This document shows, one piece after another, positions 38,462-50,717 of a stretch of 64,000 nt of DNA; position 1 is the stretch's first letter; each line of letters opens with the position of its first letter. Both the position numbers and the translations under genes were made by a program. The notes under the pieces were generated by a model that saw nothing but the letters and a program-made list of their open reading frames with translations, was not told the DNA's origin and made no database searches. This DNA comes from Octopus vulgaris (taxonomy: Eukaryota): contig OX597824.1 in the NCBI GenBank assembly GCA_951406725.2, positions 73,966,001 through 74,030,000 of the forward strand, given 5' to 3'.

Positions 38462-38890
38462 TATAAGAAATGGAAAACAAAATGAATTGAACAATTATAA
38501 ATTTTAATATTTTATACAAACAAATGACACATCTCATAAATTACAGCTGTTTCCGCTTCATTAATAAAACGAAGTTTTTCAAGAATAATCAAATCCGTTT
38601 AAATATGTAATGATGCTTCATCAGATAGACATATAGAGATTTTAGAACTGGCTATTTAACATCACTTAGGTGAATTTTACACCTAGCTAAATTGTTATAT
38701 ATATATGTGTGTGTGTGTGTGTATGTTTACGATGGGCTTCTTTCGGTTTCCGTCTACCATCATATCCAGTCATAAGGCGTGGTCGGCCCGGGGCCATAGT
38801 GAAAACACTTGCCCAAGGTGCTACGCAATGGGACTGAACCCGGAACCATGTGGTTAGAAAGCGAACTTCTTATCACACAGCCACACCCAT
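38215..38890 (-). mobile_element. S2 SINE whose internal microsatellite is interrupted by an AT-rich hammerhead-bearing insert (~38460-38700)
   Basis: S2 3' part at 38215-38410 and 5' part at 38725-38890. Confidence 0.75.
38536..38630 (-). ncRNA. Minimal type I hammerhead-like motif (Penelope type)
   Basis: CTGATGA-A-GCATCATTA...TAATGAAGC-G-GAAA-CAGCTG-TA; palindromic stem III; stem I is weak. Confidence 0.55.
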
Positions 38891-39336
38891 TTCTTTTTCT
38901 TCAACATTACAATGCCGTTTACTCTTGATAATTTTCCCCTTTCATTTTGCAATCATGAATGAGGGAATGCCATTAATTAAATTTATCCTTTACATGAAAC
39001 AATTGTTTAAACGCCTGTAGTGTTTTACACAACTCCATCACAAATAGTAAAAAAAAGGATCAACTGGACTATAGTTCTAAGTGTTTTTACACTCTCATCT
39101 TACAAGCTAGAAAGATAGATGGAAGGACGAACAGATGGACAGAGTCAACGGCTACGAAGTGCATGATCAACAGACACGGACATTTCTACCTCAATTCCTC
39201 TATTTATTTTCCGTCGTCGTTCCTCCTCACTTTCTACTTTCCACATATATCCCGAAGAAGAAATATGTCCGAAGCGTCATGATTAACGCTTTCCACTTTT
39301 CTGACTGTCAATGTATCAGTTCTGATCGTTAATCGG

Positions 39337-39475
<139 letters not shown>

Positions 39476-39770
39476 ATATGATTGGGAGTGCATGTGCGTG
39501 TATCTATATCTATAGCAGTATCTATATTTCACCTTAACCCATTTATGTCATAATATCACTCCAATTATGAATTTTTTTCCATTTGTTTTTCATTGTATCT
39601 TCTGCTAAAATGCCTAGCACCAAAAAATATTTTCGTTATATTTACTGGGAGCAGTGAATTGACAGAATCCATAGGGCATCGGATAAAATGCCTAGTGGTG
39701 TTTGATAATGATCCTTCTTGCTCTGAATTCAAATCTCGTCGAGGCCATCTCGAAGTTCGACAAAATAATA

Positions 39771-40200
39771 TACAAAGTAAGTTCCAGAGGTTTTTTTAGA
39801 CTGTTTTCAGGAGGAACATTTATTTATTTCAAAGAGGTACAAAATTCTAACCTCCTTTAAAGTTGGATACTCTGACTTCAATGCGCTTGTTGTAGCGGTC
39901 CGACCACTTCGTACAGGTCCCATGGAAGTCATTCATAGTGAAGGTGTCCAGGACCCTTATCTCAACCCACTTCATTTTCTCAATGTCTTCAAAACGACTG
40001 CTCCTGTGGTTCTTCTTCAGCTTGGGGAACAACCAAAAGTCACGGGAAGCAAGATCTGGAACTGTAGGGGAGGTGAGGGAGAGTTTTGATGCCAATCTCT
40101 GTCAAGTAGCTGGTTACCAGGATGCTCGTCACTGACCACCATGGGAGCAAACTTTACACAAATTTTCTGCATGATCAAACCTTCGTAGCGGCACAAGCAG
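39771..40200 (-). pseudogene. Internally deleted mariner transposase (C-terminus)
   Basis: KICVKFAPMVV (WVPR-like linker) joined to PTVPDLASRDFWLFPKLK..RFEDIE..KW..RYNKRIE (YSPDLAP-D motif). Confidence 0.85.
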
Positions 40201-40604
40201 TCAGCGCCATATTGGATGAGATCTCGCGGCAGCCATTGCCATCTCCAAGGCTGGAGCGAGACCTCACCTGCATTCATTTGCCATGGAAAAACTCTATATA
40301 AAGGGAAAACCCGATTCAAATCTCTTTTTTGGGCGCCACTTTGTGAACACCACCACTGGCTGGACTTGTCTATATGTTGTATCTCCAGAGGCAATGCGCC
40401 CGCACTAACGGAGCTGCTACACAACGTACACAGCTTAAGATGGTAGCTGAGAGCAGCACACTTCACCTATCTTGTAAAACCTGTAAATAAACTAGTTGTA
40501 AATAGCATTTGTACTTGAAGTCTTCTCTCTTTGACTGCCGGAAGCCTGAACTACACGAAGAACAAAAAGATGATGGAAGAAGACGATATTTTTCCGATCT
40601 CGTA

Positions 40605-40910
40605 AACCTTGGCTTCCGTTATACCTTCATGAATAGTTCTCTGCACAGTTGCCACACTAACTCCAGACTATATTCTTATTGGTTTCATAGACACTCAATG
40701 GTCTTCACCCCAAAAAGTACAAATTTTCTCAACCAGCTCTATCATTCTGACGTCCTTCTCCTTCACACACCTCTCATCGTCTCTCACGCCTTCTCTATCG
40801 TTCTTGAGCCTCTTGTACCAGCGAAAAAATCAATCCATAAACAGTGTAAAGCATTTCATAAGTTTCTGTAGAGTTTCTACCCAGTTTACTGCTGATTTCT
40901 CAATAGCTCG
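40605..40910 (-). pseudogene. Mariner transposase N-terminal HTH fragment
   Basis: KLGRNSTETYEMLYTVYG..RWYKRLKNDREGVRDDERC..VSVATVQRTIHE. Confidence 0.85.
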
Positions 40911-41244
40911 ATGTAGGTGTTCTCTTTTTCGCTGATCTTTAGTTTTATGTTAACATCCGCTGGGCAGCTGATTTCCACAACTGTACACGATTTCTCTCCT
41001 CTATCCCAAATCATTATTTCAGGTCTGTTGTGTTTACATTCTATTGAGGTTTTCACCGTGACATTTCACCAGTACTTCATGTGTGTGTGTATGGATATGT
41101 ATGCATATATATATATATATATATAAAATAATTTTTGCGTAATAAGATAAAAAACCAATGCAGTGTAGATATTAGAGCATTTATAGATAGAAGGTATTAC
41201 AGCTGTTTTTAGGATATTTATTACATATATCCCTTCACCTTTCC

Positions 41245-41373
<129 letters not shown>

Positions 41374-41713
41374 TTATCTTATTCCGTACGGGTAGAAATA
41401 TAGAAGAAACAGAAGCCGAAAATGCATTGAGAGTAGTTATATTTTTTTATTATTATATTTAAAGATCTAACCGGTTTCACAGTTAACACTGATTTTCAAA
41501 AAGGTTGAAACAGAAAGACGTGGCTTATGTCGCAGCTGTCTTGCTTCTAACTAGTGTTTGAAGCTGGCCCTATTTTTATGGGGAGTTCATGGCTCAAATA
41601 AGGATACGTTTTGAACAGGACTTCATTGCTGGCGGATAGACACATGACTGGCCAAAGAAACTTCCATAGATTCCCCCGCTAAATATATAGATACACACAT
41701 ACATATATGATCC

Positions 41714-41769
<56 letters not shown>

Positions 41770-42500
41770 GTAAAAAAATACAAACTGGGACAAGAACGTA
41801 AAACATTTATATATATGTAAATGTAAAAAATACAAACTAGGACAAGAACGTAAAACATTGAGGAGACGATACTAAAAACACGATACTAAAATCCGAAGCC
41901 TTCAATCTTCAGTCAAGAACCGGATCATCCTCGCAATTTCGGCTGATATATATATATAGGTATGTATGCATGTATGCATATATATATATGCATGTGTGTA
42001 TGTATGTATATATTAAGAATGTGTTTGTATGCATGTGTATATATGTGTATGTTTATGTGTGTGTTTGTATGTTTGTAATAGCCTTCCCCTTTCCTTTTCC
42101 CGAAAGTATATAGTAATACTTCACGTTACGAGACCCCTGGTTTAGGAGTTTTATTTTATAATAATTTTTTTAAGTACAAGATCCAAATTTTGAACGAAGT
42201 GCAAAAGTTTCTACTACCATAACAAATGCTTCTGCGTGTTACCGAGAAATTTATAGAGACGAACAAAAGCTTCTTCTAAGCAAACAACTCTAGACTTCTT
42301 TTTTAAAAAGAAATCTACAAGTCCGTCTACGAGTGCTTGTGAATCGGTGATCGCGTCCACAAGAGATGGTGTGCGCAAGTCTAGTGCGAGTGAAAGTGGT
42401 GCAGAAAATGATTATAATAATAATATTTTTTATTATAAATGATCAAAATGGCTGATTGTTAGTAAGGAAAGACACACAATTAAGAAAGAAGAAAGCAAAG

Positions 42501-42550
42501 GACCACTGATGAGGTCACAGAAGTGTGACGAAAGAACTCTGGCCGAAATA
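42501..42550 (+). ncRNA. Minimal hammerhead-like motif
   Basis: cca-CTGATGA-G-GTCACA-gaag-TGTGAC-GAAA-G-aa-C-TC-tgg; an alternative stem II GGTCA/TGGCC followed by GAAA is also possible. Confidence 0.55.
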
Positions 42551-42922
42551 CGATAATGTAAAAAGTAAAATAAAGCTGAAACAAATTAACACCAAATATA
42601 TAGTGCGTGTGTTTTTATTGGCTACACTGGCAACATGACCATCCCCAAATACAACAAGATCTTGTCATTCTTTTTACTTTACATAAAATATTCTTTACAT
42701 TCTACGATTATTTTATTGCCATTTATTTACGTGTATTATAAGTTTTATAGGTAAAATATTTTTCCGGGAACGAATTACGATTTATAACAATGCTACTATG
42801 GAAAATTATCGCTCTGCTTTACGAGTGAGCTCCGGGAACAAATTAACTCGTATATCGAGACGCTGTATTAGTATTTTTAAAATTTCTTCTCACAGCTAAG
42901 GCTTTCTAATATTTAAGTATTG

Positions 42923-43341
42923 GGATCTTTTCGGTTTGAACGGCAGTTTTTTCTAGCAGTGTCATATGAAATTGTTACCCATAATTATGACCCTAGTATC
43001 GATCTATTGTATTTCAATCTGTTTTAGGGTTAGGGTTAGGGGTGGGGGAAGGGTATCTTTTTTTCTTCACAAATGTAAATAAACCCAATCTGTTTCTTAA
43101 ACGAGGGACATATTCATACGGTACGGAATGTTTCTTACCTCAATGGACGTCATTGATTGGTTGAAATTGCAGCAATTGAAGAAAATAAAAAAAACAAATA
43201 TCTTACAAACTATAGAATTTTCTCAATAAAGCCAAGAGAAAAAGATGTTTTATAAACACATTCTACCAGTATACGAAGTTTAAAAGTGTTTAGTTACGTG
43301 GAAATTATGTTAAAAAACTGCCGTTCAAACCGAAAAGATAC
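42923..43341. mobile_element. MITE with ~29-bp TIRs and 8-bp TSD (GG terminus; Merlin- or hAT-like), containing (TTAGGG)3
   Basis: ggatcttttcggtttgaacggcagttttt / aaaaactgccgttcaaaccgaaaagatac; TSD aagtattg at 42915-42922 and 43342-43349. Confidence 0.85.
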
Positions 43342-43350
43342 AAGTATTGT

Positions 43351-43591
43351 AGGGCGGCGAGCTGGCAGAATCGTTAGCACGGTGGGCAAAATCCTTATCG
43401 ACATTTCGTCCGTCATTACGTTCTGAGTTCAAATTCCGCTGAGGTCGCATTTGCCTTCCATCTTTTTGGAGGTCGATAAAATGAGTACCGGTTGAGCACC
43501 GGGGTCGATATAATTGACTAGCACCGGGGTCGATATAACTGACTAGCACCCACCTGTCAAAACTGCTGGCTTCGTGCCAAAATTTGAAACC
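43351..43591 (+). mobile_element. S1 SINE with short internal duplication
   Basis: Consensus head and core; agcaccggggtcgatataa(t/c)tgact occurs twice. Confidence 0.9.
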
Positions 43592-45627
43592 AATATTTAA
43601 GTATTGTGTTTAAAATGTGTGTGTATGTGTATATGTGCGTGTATACGTACATGTATACATATACATACTCACAAAGAGCTACACACATACACGTACATAT
43701 ACATGTCTGAGTGGAGTGAGAAAGGGAAGTGAGGGAGAGAAAGAGAGGTAGAGAAAGGGAGAGAGAGAGAGAGAGAGACCGTACGTGTGTGTGTGTTAAT
43801 GATTCTTTGTTTTAAACTGTTAAGCCTGAAAGGTTAGACGGTAATAAAAGGAGGGAAAATGATTTTCGTTGAAATAAGCGCGTTGTTGTTTCAGCAATAC
43901 TTATAACGTGGGAGCGTTTGACTTACTATAAATAGCAGCCAACTCTGTCTCATTTCACACCCTTCAGTTTTTAAATAACAGACAGTGGATAAAATAAACA
44001 TAAAATATAAGCTACGCCAGAAGCAAAAATGGCGGGATGGACTGGTCTAAAGTTAACTTTGATAACGGTTAAACTGGGACTGAACAATAACAACAATGAG
44101 GCGCCTTCATAGGGTCGTTTATATTATTAGAAATGACAGCCAAATCTCCTTTGAATAATATTCTTGCATATCAAATGTAAAAGAGGAAGAACGTAACGAA
44201 CAATCTAGTCTTAGATATATAAAAAGATTGGATGGTTCTTAGTTCGAATACCTATGAATATAGGTACACTTGATCAGGGGAAAACGACAAATACAGCAGA
44301 CTTGTGGCCAAAGGCATTACAACCATGGCCTTCCTGTAGCTGTAGAGACTTATTCGACTGCATTATCTGATAAAGAAAATAGATTTTAATAAGGAAAGTA
44401 TGTATTTGTCATTAGTTGTTCGGCCCTTGGTCAGCTCTTACCGAGTAGACCTATGATCAAAAGCATTCCAGTCGTGACCACCTGGTTCTTTTTTTGTTGT
44501 TGTTTTTCGTATCACGTACTACTTGTCCTATGTAGCCGCCTTTTCTTCTTCTCTTACTATAATTCCATTTATATCCATCATAAGAATATTAAACGGATCT
44601 CAGTGAATGGCAGGTACTTTATCCATCCTATTGACCCGGGGACAGGAAAATGAAAGGCAAACTTAGCCATATCAGGATTTGAACTGGCAGCGTAAGAAGC
44701 CGCAACAAAATGTTGCAGGACATTCTGTTCTATTTTCTTAAAATTTTTCAAACCTATCGTCTATACAAGTGTAGGCGATAGGATAGAACTTTCCAGAGTA
44801 TGTCGCGACATGTTTGACTGTCACCAATAATCTTTAGGTGTCTCGAACATCAAATATAATAAAATTTTTATGAGTATTTGGTTGTAAAAGACATTTACGA
44901 TCTGACAGCTATGAGGACATCTAGTCGCGTTGCATAATATATTTGGCACTGGGTTCGATGTAATCAATTAACCCCCTCCCCGTAAAATTGCAACAATCTG
45001 AAACTATTATATATTTGGCTTCTCTAACAAAACTTAGTATATGTCACGAAAAGTTTTATTTTTGAAAAGTGTGTCGCAATGAGAAAAGCTCGAAAACTCT
45101 CTGAACTATGGTTTGATTTAAGCGAGATTTGGCTGATATTTCTAGCTCGATGTTCATACAGGAGGTTGTATTTTAGTGCACTATTTACGAGTGGCGTCGG
45201 GGCAAATAAGGAGATGCAGAAATGCCTAACAGCATTAAAGACAGATACAACAGCAACAAGGGTTACAGAGAGATAAGGAGTGCCTGCTGCCAACAGGAAG
45301 CGATAGGAGGCGGCGAAGGAACGACAGCAACTGGTGGTGAAACCGATTTATTAACCACAAAGATGGATATCAGAAAATGTTAAGATGTTGATGTACGAGT
45401 GCAGTGAGAAACGTGAGAGAAGTGGTATGAAGTGAGAGAAAGGTGTGAACTGTTAGCTCGGTCGTTGTCGTTGCTGAATATTACTAGGTTGTCGTTGTTG
45501 CATTTCTAGGCCATAAAGTCTGTTGATTCTCTTCCAGGCCTTTCGAGATGGGACGCATGAGATATACGTGAAGATGTTGGCGGAGTTTTGGTACATGCAC
45601 ACTAGGTGTAACACTTCATTCTTTTTA

Positions 45628-46037
45628 TCTCTCTCTATATAAAGCTGAAGTTGTCTGTGAGTGTGTGTGTGGAAGGTTTGGTAGCCTTCAACCTACACTA
45701 TCCCCTCCGAAACCCTGCGGCGCAAGTTGACCAAAATTGAGCGTACGATAGAAGGCTTCCTCTTCCTTCCGCAGAAGAAAAAAATCAAATCGGACCATGT
45801 TAACACCAAAAATTATTTACATCAAAAAGGTGCTTTTTTTCTATGAAAATCCCTATTTTTTACGATTTTTTGATTGTCGCCATTTTTTGCTGTGTCGCCA
45901 TTTTTCGGTGTATTTCAACCAGAAGAATGTTCACTTAAAGAGAATAACAAGCTACATAATGCACAATTTTTACTTTTCAAAAATTCCAATTCTAAAGGGT
46001 TGAAACAAACCCGAGCAACGCCGGGCGATACTGCTAG
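45628..46037 (+). mobile_element. Non-autonomous Helitron, type A
   Basis: A|TCtctctctatataaagctgaag...cccgagcaacgccgggcgatactgCTAG|T. Confidence 0.9.
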
Positions 46038-46544
46038 TCATTTTTAAATTTCTTTATTTCAGACAAAAAGAAAAAGGAGAGTGTTAATACCTTCTTTTTG
46101 ATGAAATTTTGAAAACAATTATGCTGAGGGAGTGGGGTGAATTGTTATCTGTTTAAAAGTTCTGAAAAAAAGAAAGAAATTCTGAAAGAATGCAAAAGAA
46201 AAAAGTTAGGGTGGTGCTAAAAAAATATTAAAATATAGAAAGTTTGAATTAGAATCGTAAAATCATTTCAAAATACAGGAGTATGAAAAAATATTTTTAG
46301 TATGTTTTGAAACGTTTGTTTATTTTTCAATGCCAAACTAAATTTGTTATTGTTGTTGTTGGTGGTGGTGACGGTAGTGAATGCTGTTGTTCAGCCCTAG
46401 ATCAGTACTGTGATGAAAGTCTTACCATCCGTGACCTTCTCATATATATATATATAATTAAAAAATAAGTGTAGAAATTGATGCTAATCAATTAAAACTA
46501 GTGGCTTAACATATTTAAAAATCCGAAGATTAAAAATTGTGAAG

Positions 46545-46695
46545 ATTAAGAGGAATGACCACTAAAGTGGACACCCTATATGCTAAACATAAACGTCAAA
46601 TCGCCATTACCACGAGGAATGTGTTCTTAAGAAAAAAATTTCTACATTTTGGCGTCTATGTTTAGCATATAGGGTGTCCAATTTAGTCATTCCTC

Positions 46696-46700
<5 letters not shown>
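46545..46700. repeat. ~55-bp inverted repeat within an AT-rich insert flanked by (TA)n
   Basis: attaagaggaatgac..ggacaccctatatgctaaacata and its reverse complement. Confidence 0.85.
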
Positions 46701-46728
<28 letters not shown>

Positions 46729-47239
46729 CTAGCAGTATCGCCCGGCGTTGCTCGGTTTGTAAGGGAAATAACTATATAAGCATTTTTAGAGAGTTACTTC
46801 CCTTATAGATGCCAATTCAGGCTTTCTTAACCATTTCTGTTTTGGTGTCTTCAAGCCATGAAGTCGTTGTTCTAAAAGAACGCTGGTCTCATTGACAACG
46901 CTTTACGACGTTGATTTCTTACACTCCCTTCCCCACAGCTTCACGAGGGAGGGAAGAAGGGGGAGAAGCAAACAGGTGCAGGTGTGACCATGGACGCCAA
47001 CTCCGCCGCCATCGACACACAAAATATTATGCATTAAAATGAAATAAAAAATGATGTTAAATTATTTTTAAAATCGTAGACTCATCGTAGATACGCGCTA
47101 ATACTCAGACGGGCTCGATATGAATCACGACTATAAGATACCCGAATTTGGTTAAACTGCACCGCAAAATCTGGGAGTAGTTAGGAATCTAAATCGAAGG
47201 GGACAGACACTCACACAACTACAGTTTTATATATATAGA
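46729..47239 (-). mobile_element. Non-autonomous Helitron, type B
   Basis: TC start and hairpin-CTAG end on the minus strand, inside (TA)n. Confidence 0.9.
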
Positions 47240-47257
47240 TATATATAAACATTCATG

Positions 47258-47287
<30 letters not shown>

Positions 47288-47288
<1 letters not shown>

Positions 47289-47792
47289 CTATATATATAA
47301 AACTCTAGTTGTGTGAGTGTCTGTCCCCTTCGATTTAGATTCCTAACTCCTCCCACATTTTGCGGTGCAGTTTAACCAAATTCGGGTATCTTATAGTCGT
47401 GATTCATATCGAGCCCGTCTGACTATTAGCGTGCGTCAACGATGAGTCTACGATTTTAAAAATAATTTAACATCATTTTTTATTCCATTTTAATGCATAA
47501 AATGCATCGTGTGTCGATGGCGGCGGATTTGGCGTCCACGCTCACAGCTGCACCTGTTTGCTTCTCCCCCTTCCCTCCCTCGTGAAGCTGTGGGAAAGGG
47601 AGTGTAAAGAAATCAACGTCGTAATGCGTTGTGAAGGAGACCAGCGTTCTTTTAGAACAACGACTTCATGGCTTGAAGACACCAAAACAAAAATGGCTAA
47701 GAAAGCCCGAATTTATAAGGGAAGTAACTCTCTAAAAATGCTTATATAGTTATTTCCCTTACAAACCCGAGCAACGCCGGGCGATACTGCTA

Positions 47793-47793
<1 letters not shown>
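47288..47793 (+). mobile_element. Non-autonomous Helitron, type B (inverted partner of 46729-47239)
   Basis: TC...cccgagcaacgccgggcgatactgCTAG. Confidence 0.9.
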
Positions 47794-47835
<42 letters not shown>

Positions 47836-48486
47836 CATTCATGTATATATATATATAAACATTCATGAATGTATGTGTGTATGTATGGGTGTGCGTGTAT
47901 TTGCGGGTGCGTGTGTGTTCTATTGTGTTTGAAGAAAGATCGTAATTTCAGAGCGATCCGACTGCTACTTTTAACATGTCGAACGACCAACACTGATTAG
48001 AGAGAGAGTGTCGGTCATGATATTTTGCAGAGTGGTCACAATTTGCAAACGGAGAGAAAAAGAAAAAAAACTGAATTACAGAAGACGCAGTTCTTTATTA
48101 TATATGTTGTGTGTCTCTGAATAAATTATCTAATACTTGTTTGTCTAATACAGAGAAGTAGTGCTGTGAGAACTAGAAAGTGTGGGGCTTGACAAACTGA
48201 ACACACGTTCAATAAAAATCAAGATGGCTTTCAACATTACCCTTTTGTTACCAAATGTCTGACATATGCTGCCTTTGCTTCAATTAATTTTGAAAATAAC
48301 AAAGAATTTAGTGAAATTACATGAAATTTTGATGGAAGGTTTTAAGAAGTTTGTGTCATACATCCAAGGAAGGTCTCATGCGGGTTGGTATCAAAAGGGT
48401 TTTAACTTAACGAACACTATGGTGAAAAAAGGATTATATGGAGGCAAAATCTATTTTCTCATCTCATTAATAAAAAAAAAAGTAGA

Positions 48487-49080
48487 GGGCAGCGAGCTGG
48501 CAGAAACGTTAGCACGCCGGGCGAAATGCGTAGCCGTATTTCATCTGCTGTTCTGAGTTCAAATTCCGCCGAGGTCAACTTTGCCTTTCATCCTTTCGGG
48601 GTCGATAAAATAAGTACCAGTTACGCACTGGGTCGATATAATCGACTTAATCCCTTTGTCTGTCCTTGTTTGTCCTCTCTGTGTTTAGCCCCTTGTATGT
48701 AGTAAAGAAATAGGTATTTCGTCTGCCGCTACGTTCAGAGTTCAAATTCCACCGAGGTCGACTTTGCCTTTCATCCTTTCGGGGGCGATAAATAAAGTAC
48801 CAATTACGCACTGGGGTCGATATAATCGACTTAATCCGTTTGTCTGTCTTTGTTTGTCCTCTCTGTGTTTAGCCCCTTGTGGGTAGTAAAGCAATAGGTA
48901 TTTCGTCTGCTGTTACGTTCTGAGTTTAAATTCTGCCGAGGTCAACTTTGCCTTTCATCCTTTCAGAGTCGATTATATAAGTATCAGTTACGCACTGGGG
49001 TCGATATAATCGACTTAATCCGTTTGTCTGTCCTTGTTTGTCCCCTCTGTATGTAGCCCCTTGTGGGCAGCAAAGAAATA
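48487..49080 (+). mobile_element. S1 SINE trimer (one head plus three bodies, 184-bp period)
   Basis: Junctions at 48712/48713 and 48896/48897. Confidence 0.9.
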
Positions 49081-49087
49081 AGAAAGG

Positions 49088-49192
49088 TACAAAAGTGATT
49101 CAAGGACTGAGAGTTACGGACATGGCCTTTATCAAACTGTTGGTTTAATAAGTGCCGTCCACGAAACTCTCGGCACTTAAATCACTTTTGTA
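49088..49192. mobile_element. Short hairpin MITE (Tc1/mariner-like, TA flanks)
   Basis: tacaaaagtgattcaaggactgagag / ctctcggcacttaaatcacttttgta; relatives at 50118-50196 and ~37735-37786. Confidence 0.7.
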
Positions 49193-49741
49193 TATATATA
49201 TACATATATGTAGAGAAAGGAGAGAGAGCGGAAGAGTAAGAAAAAAGACGACATGGTCATCGTAGGAAACCTCTTATCATAGGACTGCTCAATAATATCT
49301 GACCTGGGGCTAAACAACAACAATATAAAATAAGTCAATATAAAATTAGGCGCCGGCATGACTTTGCGGTTAAGAAGTTTGCTTCGCGCCATTTGCTTCC
49401 ATCCCCGTTTCATCAGCGTTTCTATACGTTCGCTCGACTTGCTAGAAATAGCAATTACATTCACCTTTAAATGGTAGCCTAGCGTCTTGAAAGGATTATA
49501 AAAAGTTAGACGACGAGACTCTTGAGCCACACTGCTGGAAAAGGATAATGTGATCAATCAAAGCTAACATGAGATTTAAATTTAAACACACAGACACACA
49601 CATACACACACACAAATAGCTCTGAAAAGCATTAGAGTGACCTCCCCTGAAAAACATTTCTACGTTTAATACAAATACTGTTGAAGATATATATTATACT
49701 TAAAAAAGATCCGTAAGTCCTTACCAATGCAATATATATAT

Positions 49742-49790
49742 TTATGTATGTATGTATGTATGTATGTATGTATGTATGTATGTATGTATG

Positions 49791-49837
<47 letters not shown>

Positions 49838-50065
49838 ATATATATATATATATATATATATGAATATGTAAGTATGTATATGTAAGTATGTGTATGTATG
49901 TATGTATATATATATATATGTATGCATGTATGTATATATGTGTATATATATATATGTATATATATGTATGTATATATATATGTATATATATATATGTATG
50001 TATATATATATATATATGTATGTATATATGTATGTATGCGTGTATATATGTGTGTGTGTGTGTAT
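49742..50065. repeat. (TATG)n/(TA)n compound microsatellite
   Basis: Seen directly. Confidence 0.95.
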
Positions 50066-50117
50066 GCCTTGCTGTTGATTTTTCCTCTAATATAATATTA
50101 TATATATATAGCAGCAG

Positions 50118-50196
50118 TAACAGAGTGACTCAAGGTCCGAGAGTTTCGTTTGTTGGCACAATGAACGAAACTCTCAGACCTTGAGTCACTCTATTA
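50118..50196. mobile_element. 79-bp hairpin MITE (38-bp arms, 3-nt loop)
   Basis: taacagagtgactcaaggtccgagagtttcgtttgttg-gca-caatgaacgaaactctcagaccttgagtcactctatta. Confidence 0.75.
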
Positions 50197-50431
50197 TATT
50201 TTGAGTTCTAATTTTTTTTGTTTGCATCAGAATGCCCATATATAGGCATTTAAAAAAATTTTATCTAGTTTCAGCTCACGAGCTGTGGCCATGCTGGGGT
50301 ACCGCCATTTGGTGTTGCTACATGATTTTACTTCACGAATGCTTTTTAGCAATTGCCATTTGGTGCATGAGAGAGTTCGATGCAGCAGCCCTCATCTGCA
50401 CCTCCTGCTGTGAAGTTGGTTCATCTGGGCA

Positions 50432-50717
50432 TCTCTCTATATATAAACGGCAGTTTGTCTGTCTGTGTGTCTGTCAGGTTGTACCCTCACCCTGACCACG
50501 GTTTTCAACCGATTCTTATGAAACTTGATACACACATAGCCCAATGTCATAATTCAAAACTAACGCAGCGAAAATTTTGAAAAGTTCCTCCAGTTCTAGA
50601 AGACATTGCAACCTACACATGCGCCTTCGTTCCCTAGGGGGAAAGGACTAGATTGGGATTAGTCATTGCCTACTAGGGGCTCTTACATACCCGGGCAACG
50701 CCGGGCTATGCTGCTAG
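50432..50717 (+). mobile_element. Non-autonomous Helitron: type C 5' half joined to a different 3' half
   Basis: First ~170 bp match 57865 and 60550; ends cccgggcaacgccgggctatgctgCTAG|T. Confidence 0.85.

Noticed and set aside
48713-48896. HDV-like or hammerhead ribozyme inside the S1 repeat unit that could explain the junction
   Set aside because: I could not fit either fold on either strand by eye; a covariance-model search is needed to exclude it formally.
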